The notes: generated by a model from the letters alone, not told the origin. A stretch of 32,000 nt of DNA from Nitrosococcus oceani ATCC 19707 (GCF_000012805.1 NC_007484.1:2010001-2042000), one strand, 5' to 3'; numbered from the stretch's first letter, positions 10,623 to 20,056 are shown. Numbers and translations: made by a program.

Positions 10623-11009
10623 TTAGTTATTTATTATCTGTACCTTGATCCATTTAGCCACCGCTTTATCCTCAGTAGAATAAATTTTTATCTCAGCTTT
10701 TAAGCCTTTCTTAAGATCAGTCAAAGATCCCTCCATGTTTTTGGCCTTGATTTGCGACCGATCTAACCATATCTTAGTATCATCGGTTACTTTATAAGCA
10801 TGGCTCTCTGAATTCGCGCTGATAGTAACTATCTTTTCCTCTTTATCAACGGCGACGATGCTACCAGTAGCCGTATATTTTTCATCCATCCCTAGTGCAT
10901 AGTTTATGGGAATAAATTTCTCGTATCTTTCGTGACTTTCTCCCTGTGACAAAGGAATAGAGAGTATCAGAAATATAGCTATTCCAAGGCAAGATAATTT
11001 TTTCAACAT
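10623..11009 (-). CDS. Small secreted protein of unknown function
   Basis: I prefer the internal ATG at 11009, which gives MLKKLSCLGIAIFLILSIPLSQG, a clean Sec signal peptide. The mature part is beta-rich and hydrophilic. It lies 46 nt downstream of the dihaem lipoprotein gene, so co-transcription is likely. Confidence 0.55.
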   Translation of the reverse strand: MLKKLSCLGIAIFLILSIPLSQGESHERYEKFIPINYALGMDEKYTATGSIVAVDKEEKIVTISANSESHAYKVTDDTKIWLDRSQIKAKNMEGSLTDLKKGLKAEIKIYSTEDKAVAKWIKVQIINN

Positions 11010-11055
11010 AACCTCATCTCCAGTATAGTTAGGCTGCTTGTCAAAGGTAGGTAGC

Positions 11056-12459
11056 CTAAGGCGATCCAACGAGATCATGGCGGGCATTTGTTAGTTTACC
11101 GATTGCATCCACCAGAAGGTGCTTGAAGGCGGCATTATGCCTTACTTGATCGATCAGATTATAGGCTGAGTTAAGATCGGTAATGGCTTGCGGATACAAA
11201 TCGCTCTCTTCCAATACCATAACAGCGTCTCCAATTTCAAAGCCAGCAATTCTCAGCTGTTCATCGACATCTCCAAATATCGCGAACTTCCTGCCCATGG
11301 CTCCTTCAATCAATTCAATGCTCCAGCGAATATTTTCCAACGCATTGATGACTCGAAGAAAAACCGTAACAGCCGCCACTTGGCTTTCATTTAATTGAAT
11401 ACCGATACCATTGGGATCCCCACTAGCCAGTACCTGGCCCGCCGGGGAATTATTGAAGGCTTTACTATTATAAAAAGCGACGGCCCCTTCGAGGGTATCA
11501 ATTACATGGTTATGGAAAAAAGGAGCTGTATCGGCTGCCTCCACCAAAGGCGGGGTATTAAAGGTGCCATCCCCTGGGGTTCCCAATCCATCATCAGGCG
11601 GCCTCCGTTCACCGCCCATTGCGCTATCAGGCAAATTTTCAACGCCCGTATCAAAATTAGCATTGCCTACATTTTGTCCGCCTAAACGAGCATTAGCCCC
11701 TGCATTTTGATGGCAAATATTACATTTTCCCAATGAGTTATCTAAAAATATCTTCTGTCCTTCTTTCGCTACTGCTCCTTTCAGGGAAAGGGGCAGATGT
11801 AAATCTTTTTGCCGCCCTAAAGAAAGTTGAAAGGCTTCTAATGCAATAAGTTCGTCTTCGGTTGGGAGTCGGAAATCAACCCCGGGAATTCTATTCAAGG
11901 TCTTAGGAAAGTGTTGAATAACTGCCCCAATTGCAAATGATTTCAGCGTACCGTCCCGAGGTGAGCCATCACCAGACCAACCCAGGCGGGGACCTTCTGG
12001 GCTAGCTATGGATGTCCGCAGCGCCAACGTGGGAAGCGATCCCCGCAATACAAAAACATTTTCTAAATCCTGAAACCCATCCAAATTCTCTAAAATCAAC
12101 CCCGAAGAATGCATGAATTCCGGTTTTTCAAAATTTTTACTTAGGCTGGGATTAAACTCGGCAACGAATAAAGGATCGTTAGATGGTAATGCACTAATAA
12201 ATTCCGGATCAATTGTAAAATTTGCCTCTGCCCTATGGCAGGTACTACAGGTTCTTCCATTGCCACCAAATGTCTCATTAAAAAAGATATCCCTTCCTTG
12301 TGCAATAAGTTTTTCTTCGGGTGTAGGGGGAGAAGGCTTAGGAAAATCAGGAGACTTATATTCGCATCCAGCTATAATAAAAAGACTAATCAATAAAAAC
12401 CCGGCTTGGATTGAAATGAATACACGCAAACAACGAGGTCTAATATCAATATGTCCCAT
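11056..12459 (-). CDS. Dihaem c-type cytochrome lipoprotein, CCP/MauG-like
   Basis: It has a lipobox (LFIIAGC), two CxxCH motifs (GRTCSTCHRAE and LGKCNICHQNAG), and a CCP/MauG-like distal block TAPFFHNHVIDTLEGAVAFY. The Q-G-x-x-I-F lead-in before each haem motif matches cytochrome c peroxidases. Confidence 0.75.
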   Translation of the reverse strand: MGHIDIRPRCLRVFISIQAGFLLISLFIIAGCEYKSPDFPKPSPPTPEEKLIAQGRDIFFNETFGGNGRTCSTCHRAEANFTIDPEFISALPSNDPLFVAEFNPSLSKNFEKPEFMHSSGLILENLDGFQDLENVFVLRGSLPTLALRTSIASPEGPRLGWSGDGSPRDGTLKSFAIGAVIQHFPKTLNRIPGVDFRLPTEDELIALEAFQLSLGRQKDLHLPLSLKGAVAKEGQKIFLDNSLGKCNICHQNAGANARLGGQNVGNANFDTGVENLPDSAMGGERRPPDDGLGTPGDGTFNTPPLVEAADTAPFFHNHVIDTLEGAVAFYNSKAFNNSPAGQVLASGDPNGIGIQLNESQVAAVTVFLRVINALENIRWSIELIEGAMGRKFAIFGDVDEQLRIAGFEIGDAVMVLEESDLYPQAITDLNSAYNLIDQVRHNAAFKHLLVDAIGKLTNARHDLVGSP

Positions 12460-12592
12460 CTTAGATTCCTCTATATTTTTTGTTAATACCTAATAAAGTT
12501 TAGTCGCTATTTCTCCTATTGACAGAAAAAAAATACAGGGTAAACTTTCTATAAAATGCACAGTACTTAGCTGAGGAACATGTTATCACCCT

Positions 12593-12607
12593 CCCCCCCC
12601 TTTTTTT
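12593..12607. repeat. Homopolymer pair C8 then T7
   Basis: Counted directly: C at 12593-12600 and T at 12601-12607. The tract lies about 135-150 nt upstream of the start codon at 12459. Confidence 0.9.
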
Positions 12608-12906
12608 AATCTATGCCAACTCATTGACTGGCTTACCCAAGCAGAATTGTATGTGTATTTTTCCGATATTAATAAACTTCGTGTTGCGAGAAGCTAGCAC
12701 CTTAGCCGATACTATATCCTCCCAAGAAATTAACGGCACCGGGGTGAACAACTTCGTTAGTAAAAAAGAATCTGAAGTCGGCTATCATTTACCTCGGATA
12801 ATTGCCAATGTGATAGCAGCATCAATGACCGCTCGAAAACCTTTGGCATCTATTCACACCATTTTCCCCATCATCCTCAAACCCAACAAAATTAAATGCG
12901 TATTTA

Positions 12907-13814
12907 CTATATCTAAATTTATAAATATTGAGACATTTGTGTTATATTCATTCATACTGTTGTGATGAGATGTTCAATTGATTTGCGCAAACGAGTAATC
13001 GATTTTGTAAGGGGCGGTGGAAGCAAGGCGGAAGCGGCCCGGAGATTTCAGGTAGGCCGCGCGAGCATTTATCGCTGGTTGTCGCAGGATGATGCGCTGT
13101 GTTACGAGCGTCCCGGCCCTCGCCGTTCACACAAGCTGGACTGGGAGGCTTTACGGGTCCATGTGGAAGACAAGGCTGCTCTCACCTATAAAGAACGCGC
13201 CCGGCATTTTGGCGTTTCGTATTACTGTATTTGGCATGCGATGCACAAAATGGGGTTAACCCGTAAAAAAAATGACGGGGTACACGCAGCGCTGTAATAT
13301 GAAAAGAAAGAGCTTTCTTCGCCTTCGTGAACGCTATCGCCGCCGCGGCAAAAGATTTGTCTATCTTGATGAAAGCGGTTTTGAGCCGGAGGTTTCCCGT
13401 CGTTACGCTTACGCTCCAAAGGGGCGGCGTGTTTATGGTCTGATCTCCGGTCATCGCAGACCGCGAACCTCTTTATTGGCCGCCCGTATGGATGAAGGCT
13501 TTGAAGCGCCGTTTCTATTTGAGGGAACCTGTAACACGGCTGTGTTCAATGCATGGCTGGAAAAAGAGCTTTGCCCCTTGCTCAACAGCAACCACATTGT
13601 CATCATGGATAATGCTCCGTTCCACAAAGCCGTTTCTTCACGTGAAATCATCAAAAAAACAGGGGCGGGAATTTTATTCCTCCCCCCTTATTCCCCTGAC
13701 TTTAACCCCATAGAAAAAGACTTCGGAAATATCAAAAAAATCAGAGAATACAACGAACATGAAACCCTTGAGAATATCGTTGCAGCGTATCAGTAATTAT
13801 AGATTTAGCTATAA
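12907..13814 (+). mobile_element. IS630-family insertion sequence (~0.9 kb, boundaries +/- 5 bp)
   Basis: Imperfect terminal inverted repeats: 12908-12930 (TATATCTAAATTTATAAATATTG) against the reverse complement of 13791-13813, about 19/23 matches. They enclose a DD34E transposase split over two frames. Confidence 0.8.
12962..13796 (+). CDS. IS630-family DDE transposase in two overlapping frames (12962..13297 and 13260/13272..13796) joined at an A8 run
   Basis: The N-terminal part carries HTH domains (CSIDLRKRVIDFVRGGGSKAEAARRFQVGRASIYRWL; LTYKERARHFGVSYYCIWHAMHKMGLTRKK). The C-terminal part carries the catalytic residues in YLDESGF, IVIMDNAPFHK and NPIE, with 34 residues between the second D and the E. 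The frames overlap at A8 (13265-13272). Confidence 0.85.
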
Positions 13815-13838
13815 TTGGAGGGAAAGAATCTTGCGGAT

Positions 13839-15881
13839 TCAGGAAGCAAAAATTTTACGGAGTTTTTTATCCTCAAATATTCGCTTGCCTACTTGAAAGC
13901 CTAACTCCCGGTAAGCCTCAAATTGGGGCTCGTCGAAAAACTGATCAACCGTACTTTGATTGGGAAATTTGGGATTAGCCCGCCGGTAGGCATAGACATC
14001 CTCTGGAAGTCCGGAAAAAACGGAAGCCTTGATATAAAGTAAAGTCCCTCGACTCCCATCCGCGTAGCAAATATTTCCTAGCACTCCCGGCTGAGGAGAA
14101 AATTGATTAAGACCCTGAGGTTGTAGCATTTGAGTATCAATATCGATAGCTACACCAAAATCTACCCGAATCTTTTCCAAGGCATTCCCTAAATCATCAA
14201 ACTTCCAAGCCCGATCTTCAGCCGCATCGGAAAGCACAATATAACGGCATCGGCGCCTCACCAATTCATAAAGACCTAAATTTTCAAAATGGCCTCCGTC
14301 GGTCAAATAAACATGCATTTGATTCTCAGCCATTTTAAGGCCAAGCATTTCCCGCAAGGAGTAGACAAACCAATAAGGACGCGACCACCCCTTTATCCTA
14401 TTGGCAGGCCGCTTTGGATTACGAACCCAATAACCTATCCGTAAGTTCAATAAAGTCATCATAAAAGATAATGGCCGGGATCGAGTTACTCCCGTATTGG
14501 GATCGATGGCAGCTCCCGAAATACTAAAGGCGGTGCTCAGATCCATCGTGCCACCCAGGTATTGGGCACTTGGAACATAGCCGGTGGACGGGGCGCCACA
14601 AAATAAAGGAGTAAAAATAAAATTATCCCCTCCTCTGATCCGCAGTGCGGGGGTGGAAGAATTCCAGGTCATCATCATAGTATTAATAATTTGGTAGGGG
14701 GCTTTGGTTTGGGGAATGTCTTTTAACAAACATGTATTGGGTTCCCTAAAATCAGTGAACCCCACCGGCGGCATAAATGTTTGCATCAGCCGATCCCGGT
14801 AATAACGGTGGATAGAGACATAGTTAATATTGGCTAGCACACCAATAAAAAGCGATAAGGCCACGCCTGCCCATAACAATTCCTCTCTCACTACATCACC
14901 CTTGTTCACAACGGCATCAGCATCATGGTACATCCATAGCAAAAGACCATAAATTATCAAAGCTAGTCCCACATTTAACAAAACCTTGCGATAGCCCTGA
15001 GTCTCGTTTTCCGAATCCCGGCCAATCCAGCCACCCATGAGAGATAGCGCCCCAGCCAGGGAAAAAGAGGTATAAAATTCTTCGATCAAGTCCTTAAAAT
15101 GACTCTCCAGATAACCATGCAAGAGAGGAATCGTACCGAGCACCGCAAATCCTATTCCAAAAAACAGCATCCGTCCCATCCAGAAATTGCTCCGGCTCCG
15201 TACACGGAATCGCTGTAAGCTTCTAACATTAGAAAATAGAGCATAGAAAATGGAAGTGACGCCAAGCAGAGCGAGAGAGGCAAGGCCTGCTCCTAGCAAC
15301 AGGGTAAAACCATTCCAAGGATAACCTGGAATAACCACTGGGACGGGCAACCAAACCAAGAGCACGGTTATAGTAAAGAAAATCGGAATAATCACCAGCA
15401 AGTTAACCAAGGTGCCCCGTATAATAGCCGCTGCCAAGGCCCAAAGATCCACCCCCTCACCCGGCGTGAGGTAAGAGGCGTGCTGACGGAGCCAACTCAC
15501 GATAGCGCCTGGCGTTTCCCTATTGTCGCGGCGGGAAGCGCCAAAGGGAAAGTCTTGCTTGAGGCAAGACATAAACCAAGTCAGGGAACTGCCAATATAA
15601 CCTCCGCCCGAGACAGTGGAAAGATAATCCACATGCTTAAGAAAACTGTAGCGATTCATCGCCTGCAATAACCCCAGATTAAAGGTGGCAGAGCGAATCC
15701 CGCCACCCGAAAAAGCCAGCCCTACCGCATCTTTTTCTGGCTGGCCTAGAGCAATTCCCGCCTGGCGGCGCCTCTCCCTGATGCGCATACGCTCTTGCTC
15801 CAGGATTTGTTCCCACGTTAAAATAGAAGGGTCGTCCTCCAAGGATTCCGCTGTGCCCTGATTTTTCGCTGTGTAGCTCAC
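13839..15881 (-). CDS. Patatin-like phospholipase with an inserted polytopic membrane block
   Basis: GTG start with AGGAGG 7 nt upstream. It has an oxyanion motif (GLAFSGGGIRSATFNLG), a nucleophile context (DYLSTVSGGGYIG) and a catalytic Asp motif (YLTDGGHFENLGLYEL). About 200 aa of hydrophobic helices (roughly residues 150-350) sit between the Ser and Asp motifs. Confidence 0.8.
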   Translation of the reverse strand: MSYTAKNQGTAESLEDDPSILTWEQILEQERMRIRERRRQAGIALGQPEKDAVGLAFSGGGIRSATFNLGLLQAMNRYSFLKHVDYLSTVSGGGYIGSSLTWFMSCLKQDFPFGASRRDNRETPGAIVSWLRQHASYLTPGEGVDLWALAAAIIRGTLVNLLVIIPIFFTITVLLVWLPVPVVIPGYPWNGFTLLLGAGLASLALLGVTSIFYALFSNVRSLQRFRVRSRSNFWMGRMLFFGIGFAVLGTIPLLHGYLESHFKDLIEEFYTSFSLAGALSLMGGWIGRDSENETQGYRKVLLNVGLALIIYGLLLWMYHDADAVVNKGDVVREELLWAGVALSLFIGVLANINYVSIHRYYRDRLMQTFMPPVGFTDFREPNTCLLKDIPQTKAPYQIINTMMMTWNSSTPALRIRGGDNFIFTPLFCGAPSTGYVPSAQYLGGTMDLSTAFSISGAAIDPNTGVTRSRPLSFMMTLLNLRIGYWVRNPKRPANRIKGWSRPYWFVYSLREMLGLKMAENQMHVYLTDGGHFENLGLYELVRRRCRYIVLSDAAEDRAWKFDDLGNALEKIRVDFGVAIDIDTQMLQPQGLNQFSPQPGVLGNICYADGSRGTLLYIKASVFSGLPEDVYAYRRANPKFPNQSTVDQFFDEPQFEAYRELGFQVGKRIFEDKKLRKIFAS

Positions 15882-16075
15882 AAGTTTTCCTCCTAGCTAT
15901 TTGATGATTTCCGAAGGTTTTAGATACTTGCAGGCTAGCGGACGTCCGTGATTACGCTGATCAATGACCTGCTCTACTGCCATTAGATTCTGCTGGAACC
16001 GTTCTACCACGGCCTGCGCCATTATGGGAGTCAGTCGACGGAATACTACCGGCTGACTCCCGAATACTCGATACT

Positions 16076-18187
16076 TTATTCATACGCACTTACTTCTTCG
16101 TCACTCATTTCCAACTCATGCGTGTTCCTACGGGCGCGTTTGGCGTCTTCAAGGATTACATCAGCGGCCTTTTCACCTATCATCATAATAGCCGCAACAG
16201 GGAAGAACCCTGGCACGCGTGGAAAGGCACAGGCGTCGACCACCCGCAGGCGCTTCACACCTCGTACGCGAAAACGGCTATCCAGAACGGCTAGGGGATC
16301 ATCATCGGCCCCGATCTTGGCGGTACACGACGCATGGTGTCCCCATGCCTGGTCTCGGATGTATTGGCTGATTTCCTCATCCGTCTGTATATTACTCCCC
16401 GGATGTAGCTCTTGAGACACATGCTGCTTCGCCTGTGGCTCATTGAGAAAGCTCCTCGCGAGCTTAACTCCCTTGACTACGGCTTGTAGATCTTCTTTCC
16501 CTCCTTCCTGGAAGTAGTTAAAATTGATTTCCGGCATCTCCCGCGGATTGTTAGACTTTAATGTGACGGTACCCGCAGTGTTATTCGTGTGGGCCTTGAG
16601 GATCAACCATGTCCAAGTTCCACCGAAAGGCATTAGCGAGAAATCCGGCACGAAGCCATTAAACGCGGTAGCCTGACCCACCAGAAAGAGATCCGGCAAG
16701 GCGCTCCCCGGATTCGACTTTGCGATGCGGCCGTTGTAGGCGGCATTATTAGCATATGGGCCGTAAAAGGGGCTTTGGACGCCTGGCCATTTGCTCCTCA
16801 ACCAAGTCAGCAAGGTGTGCTCCGGATTCGGCTTTGCGATGCGGCCATTGTAGGCGGCATTATTAGCATACGGGCCGTAAAAGGGGCTTTGGACGCCTGG
16901 CCATTTGCCCGTCAACCAAGCCCGCAAACAGGGATCAATCAGCGGGTCAGAGGGGAGACACTCTTTGTATAGGTTCAAGTCCCTCTTGAGCTCTGCGACG
17001 ACACTGATTTCGTAACGATCCTGCAGGCTCCGACCGACACCTGGCAAGTCAGCCACGGCTTTGATGCCAAAATCGTTGAGCTCCGTCGCTGGACCAATCC
17101 CAGACAATTTCAAAAGCTGAGGCGTGTTGAATACTCCAGCCGAGAGGATCACTTCCCGCCTAGCATAAAGTTTAAAGGTGCTGGGTTGGACATTTGGATC
17201 GTAGAATTTGTCGGCCTCATAAAGATTGTTACCACGCATGAACTCAACACCGATCGCCCGCTTGCCACGGATTAGGACCTTCGTGGCCAAGGCCCCTGTA
17301 ATCAGAAAAAGCTTGTCCTGGTGTTTGCGTCGCGTGTCCAGCAAATGCTCCCGGATCGACACCCTAACCTTGGTCGCAATATGCATGGGAGTTTTGATTG
17401 AGCCTGTAGCCCCCTGGGCAACGCGGGGGTCATTGGCCTCGAATGGGATATTCTTCTGACCTGCCTCGGCTAGATCCTGGATTTCCGGAGCAAGTTTGAA
17501 CACCTGCTCGTCGAACAGGCTGGCGTTCATATAACCACGAAAACCATGGCCGGGCGCGAGGGGCTGACAGTACTCACATTTCTCCAGCCTTTCGAAGTAC
17601 TTCCGCATGTGGCTGGCTCGCCATGACTCGTCCCCGGTCATCTCGGCGATATCGTCCCAGTCTTGGTTGTGAGGATAGATAAAGAGCATGGCGTCGTGAG
17701 CGGTCGACCCTCCGAGAGCGCTGCCGCGCGGGTACAGGATACCCTTGCCAGGAACAAACTTTGAATCGCGTGCCTGCTGGACCGGGTCGCTATAGTGCTT
17801 AACATAAAAATCCCAACTCAACAGAGGGTGCTCCGAAGCAACAGCGGCGAATGCCGGCACTTGATAAATAATACCCGTGTTCGGATCGATGCTTAGCGCC
17901 TCCTGCCCCTCGGGATCGAGGCCGGCTTCAAGCACAGCCACCGTATAGCCCGCCTTCGCGAGTTGGGCAGCAACGGGGCCACCGCCCGCGCCTCCTCCCA
18001 CAACAATGTAGTCGACGACCCTTAACTGCCTGCGTCTGCTGCTGTTCACTGTTGCATCCGCAGCCGAAAAAAATGGCCCCATGGCCACTGTGAAGCCTGC
18101 TACGATCAGTCCACGATTAAAGGATCTTCGAGTTATTGCCACATCCCAGTCGGCAGGGAACCGGGTGTTCGTGCCTTTCTTTCTCAT
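16076..18187 (-). CDS. GMC-family FAD oxidoreductase with a Tat signal peptide
   Basis: It has a twin-arginine motif (AITRRSFNRGLIVAGFTVAM), an FAD Rossmann motif (DYIVVGGGAGGGPVAAQLAKAGYTVAVLEAG) and a GMC C-terminal block (GHHASCTAKIG...LRVVDACAFPRVPGFFPVAAIMMIGEKAAD). Confidence 0.85.
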   Translation of the reverse strand: MRKKGTNTRFPADWDVAITRRSFNRGLIVAGFTVAMGPFFSAADATVNSSRRRQLRVVDYIVVGGGAGGGPVAAQLAKAGYTVAVLEAGLDPEGQEALSIDPNTGIIYQVPAFAAVASEHPLLSWDFYVKHYSDPVQQARDSKFVPGKGILYPRGSALGGSTAHDAMLFIYPHNQDWDDIAEMTGDESWRASHMRKYFERLEKCEYCQPLAPGHGFRGYMNASLFDEQVFKLAPEIQDLAEAGQKNIPFEANDPRVAQGATGSIKTPMHIATKVRVSIREHLLDTRRKHQDKLFLITGALATKVLIRGKRAIGVEFMRGNNLYEADKFYDPNVQPSTFKLYARREVILSAGVFNTPQLLKLSGIGPATELNDFGIKAVADLPGVGRSLQDRYEISVVAELKRDLNLYKECLPSDPLIDPCLRAWLTGKWPGVQSPFYGPYANNAAYNGRIAKPNPEHTLLTWLRSKWPGVQSPFYGPYANNAAYNGRIAKSNPGSALPDLFLVGQATAFNGFVPDFSLMPFGGTWTWLILKAHTNNTAGTVTLKSNNPREMPEINFNYFQEGGKEDLQAVVKGVKLARSFLNEPQAKQHVSQELHPGSNIQTDEEISQYIRDQAWGHHASCTAKIGADDDPLAVLDSRFRVRGVKRLRVVDACAFPRVPGFFPVAAIMMIGEKAADVILEDAKRARRNTHELEMSDEEVSAYE
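16709..16936. repeat. Two tandem direct copies of a 114-bp unit inside the GMC oxidoreductase gene
   Basis: GATTCG at 16711-16716 recurs at 16825-16830, a period of 114 nt. About 100 nt of each copy are near-identical, with about 5 mismatches. In the protein the sequence KWPGVQSPFYGPYANNAAYNGRIAK appears twice, 38 aa apart. Confidence 0.9.
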
Positions 18188-18479
18188 GCCTACTTTCTCC
18201 CTTCTTTTTCTACCTCAGCAGAATCTGCGGGTAGAGTGATCTGATCGGCTACCGAATTGTTGAAATTAAAACACCCCGCCCACTTGTATGGCATGGTGGG
18301 TTCCGACTAAGAAATCCACTGCAAGCAAGACAGGGCATACCTCCGGCATATATTGGATAGTAAAGCTAAACAGATAAATGCGGAATCCAAAGGCACCCGC
18401 CGTCTTTCAAACCGATCTTCCCGGCTCCGGGGATCGGGATAATTCTGCGGTAACGAGATATAACATGGTGCTCTCCTTA

Positions 18480-19931
18480 TCAAAGCGTTTTTAAGTATTC
18501 AAGCAACGCTTCTTTCCGATCTTCCGGAAGATCCGTGCCAAATAAATGGCCTTGGTTGCTATTGCCAGGTACCCCCGTGTCATAGCGAAAACCAATCCGC
18601 TCAGCCTCTTCTCCCTGGGACACGAAACCTACATTGATGGGATCAAAAAGATCGTAACCCCGGTAAAATACTTGGGGCCGATCTTCCGGTTTTTTCAACA
18701 TATCCCGCAGGGTAGGCACGGAGCCATTGTGGAGATAGGGGCCTCGCAACCACAAGCCATCATGGGGCACCGCCACATAACCATCCACGTCCCTAAAGTG
18801 ACGCATTCCCCAATCGTAATCTTCCTGATAGGCGTTGTAGCGCTTAGCGGCTTCGGCTGTCCACATATCCACCCGGTGGCGATCAGTGCCCACCTCTTCA
18901 ACCGGAATTACCGTTCTATGGCGTTCTCCTCCTGGCGCATGGCATGTGGCGCAATGCTGCTCATAAATAGCTTTACCTATTGCCGCTTGCTGCTCATCCA
19001 AGTAGTAAGGAGAAGCAGGGTTCTCATTGGCATTAAAGGGTGAAGCCGGCGAAGGCACTTCCTGTAACCACGCCTCGATACGATCCAAGCTATCATGGGC
19101 AATGGCTTTGTAGGTCATGCCATCGCCAATGGCGGAACTGATGACTACTTCATGAAGATTAGTATTTAGACCATCCCAATGAAGCGCATCTCCTTCCCGG
19201 ACTTTCAAATTCCATAGAGGCATCATGTCCGAATTGCCAATGGTTGCATCGATTCCCATCTGCAGGATTCCAAACTTGATGGGATTAAAAGGATCGATGC
19301 GCCCGGTCCCCCAGGGGGGCTTCCCTTGGGCCCAAGCAAACTCCTGCCCATATTGGATCAGCGCTTTTTTAGTCATGGGAATAATCAAGTAACGATAGAG
19401 CTGCCTATCTAGCCACGACAATTCGTAGATCAAGCTGATCTGCTCCAGAATATTATCGGAATTAAAGCGGGCATCATTCGCCGATGCCGCAAGAAAGCGG
19501 GCATAGTCTTGGGGCCTGACGGTATTCCCTGGTCCCGGCACCACTATAGTGGCTGGCTCGTCTGCCTTGAGCCGGTACCTGGCCGAATGGCAGAAGGCGC
19601 AGTTAAAGGCAACGCGGGGGAAACCAATGGTTTTTTTAGAGAACCCTACCGGCAATTCCTGCCCCTGTTCCCAAGGAACACCGAGGGCGGCATAACCACC
19701 GGGGGCAGGCAAATATTCAGGGAACATCTTAGGCAAAACTCGCCAGATCCAATAGGGAACGCCTTGCTCCTCTTCACTGCTAATGGAACCGTATTTAAAC
19801 CATTCCGCCGCCGAGGACTCTTTCAGGGAGGTTTGTTCCACCTCGCGCAAAAGTTTGTACCAGCCAACGGCTCCAATCACCAGGACTAATGCCAGCAGCA
19901 CAATAATCCAGCGAACTATTTTTGACTGCAT
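18480..19931 (-). CDS. Membrane-anchored dihaem c-type cytochrome, CCP/MauG-like (paralogue A)
   Basis: It has an N-terminal TM helix (IVRWIIVLLALVLVIGAVGW), two CxxCH motifs (NCAFCHSA, HCATCHAP) and the block LRGPYLHNGSVPTLRDML. AGGAGG lies about 9 nt upstream of the ATG. Confidence 0.8.
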   Translation of the reverse strand: MQSKIVRWIIVLLALVLVIGAVGWYKLLREVEQTSLKESSAAEWFKYGSISSEEEQGVPYWIWRVLPKMFPEYLPAPGGYAALGVPWEQGQELPVGFSKKTIGFPRVAFNCAFCHSARYRLKADEPATIVVPGPGNTVRPQDYARFLAASANDARFNSDNILEQISLIYELSWLDRQLYRYLIIPMTKKALIQYGQEFAWAQGKPPWGTGRIDPFNPIKFGILQMGIDATIGNSDMMPLWNLKVREGDALHWDGLNTNLHEVVISSAIGDGMTYKAIAHDSLDRIEAWLQEVPSPASPFNANENPASPYYLDEQQAAIGKAIYEQHCATCHAPGGERHRTVIPVEEVGTDRHRVDMWTAEAAKRYNAYQEDYDWGMRHFRDVDGYVAVPHDGLWLRGPYLHNGSVPTLRDMLKKPEDRPQVFYRGYDLFDPINVGFVSQGEEAERIGFRYDTGVPGNSNQGHLFGTDLPEDRKEALLEYLKTL

Positions 19932-20056
19932 TTGCTCTGGTCCTCCTGTTTTATCCCTATCGGGCTATCCGTTTCTTTCAGAAGCCGCCTGCAATAGTCA
20001 ATCGACCACGCCAAACCGCATAACGACTCATTTTTTATTCCTTCTACTGATCTCTC

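Noticed and set aside
12624-12965. 113-aa plus-strand ORF upstream of the IS630 transposase
   Set aside because: It is AT-rich with no SD and no motifs, and it runs across the IS left inverted repeat into the element, so it would be a chimeric reading frame. Minus-strand frames here show only short stop-ridden fragments. I treat the region as non-coding or degraded.
16026-16061. 9-bp perfect inverted repeat GGGAGTCAG...CTGACTCCC just downstream of the GMC stop
   Set aside because: It could be a terminator or RNA-stability hairpin, but no U-tract follows on the minus strand. It also overlaps the start of the speculative 41-aa ORF. The evidence is insufficient to call it.
18188-20056. Mini-ORFs in the intergenic gaps: 19 aa MLYLVTAELSRSPEPGRSV after the stop of paralogue A, 35 aa MPYKWAGCFNF... 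before the GMC start, and 17 aa MSRYAVWRGRLTIAGGF between the paralogues
   Set aside because: They are very short and carry no hydrophobic or other signature. Only the first has a good SD, and that SD overlaps the preceding stop region. They cannot be distinguished from chance without conservation data.
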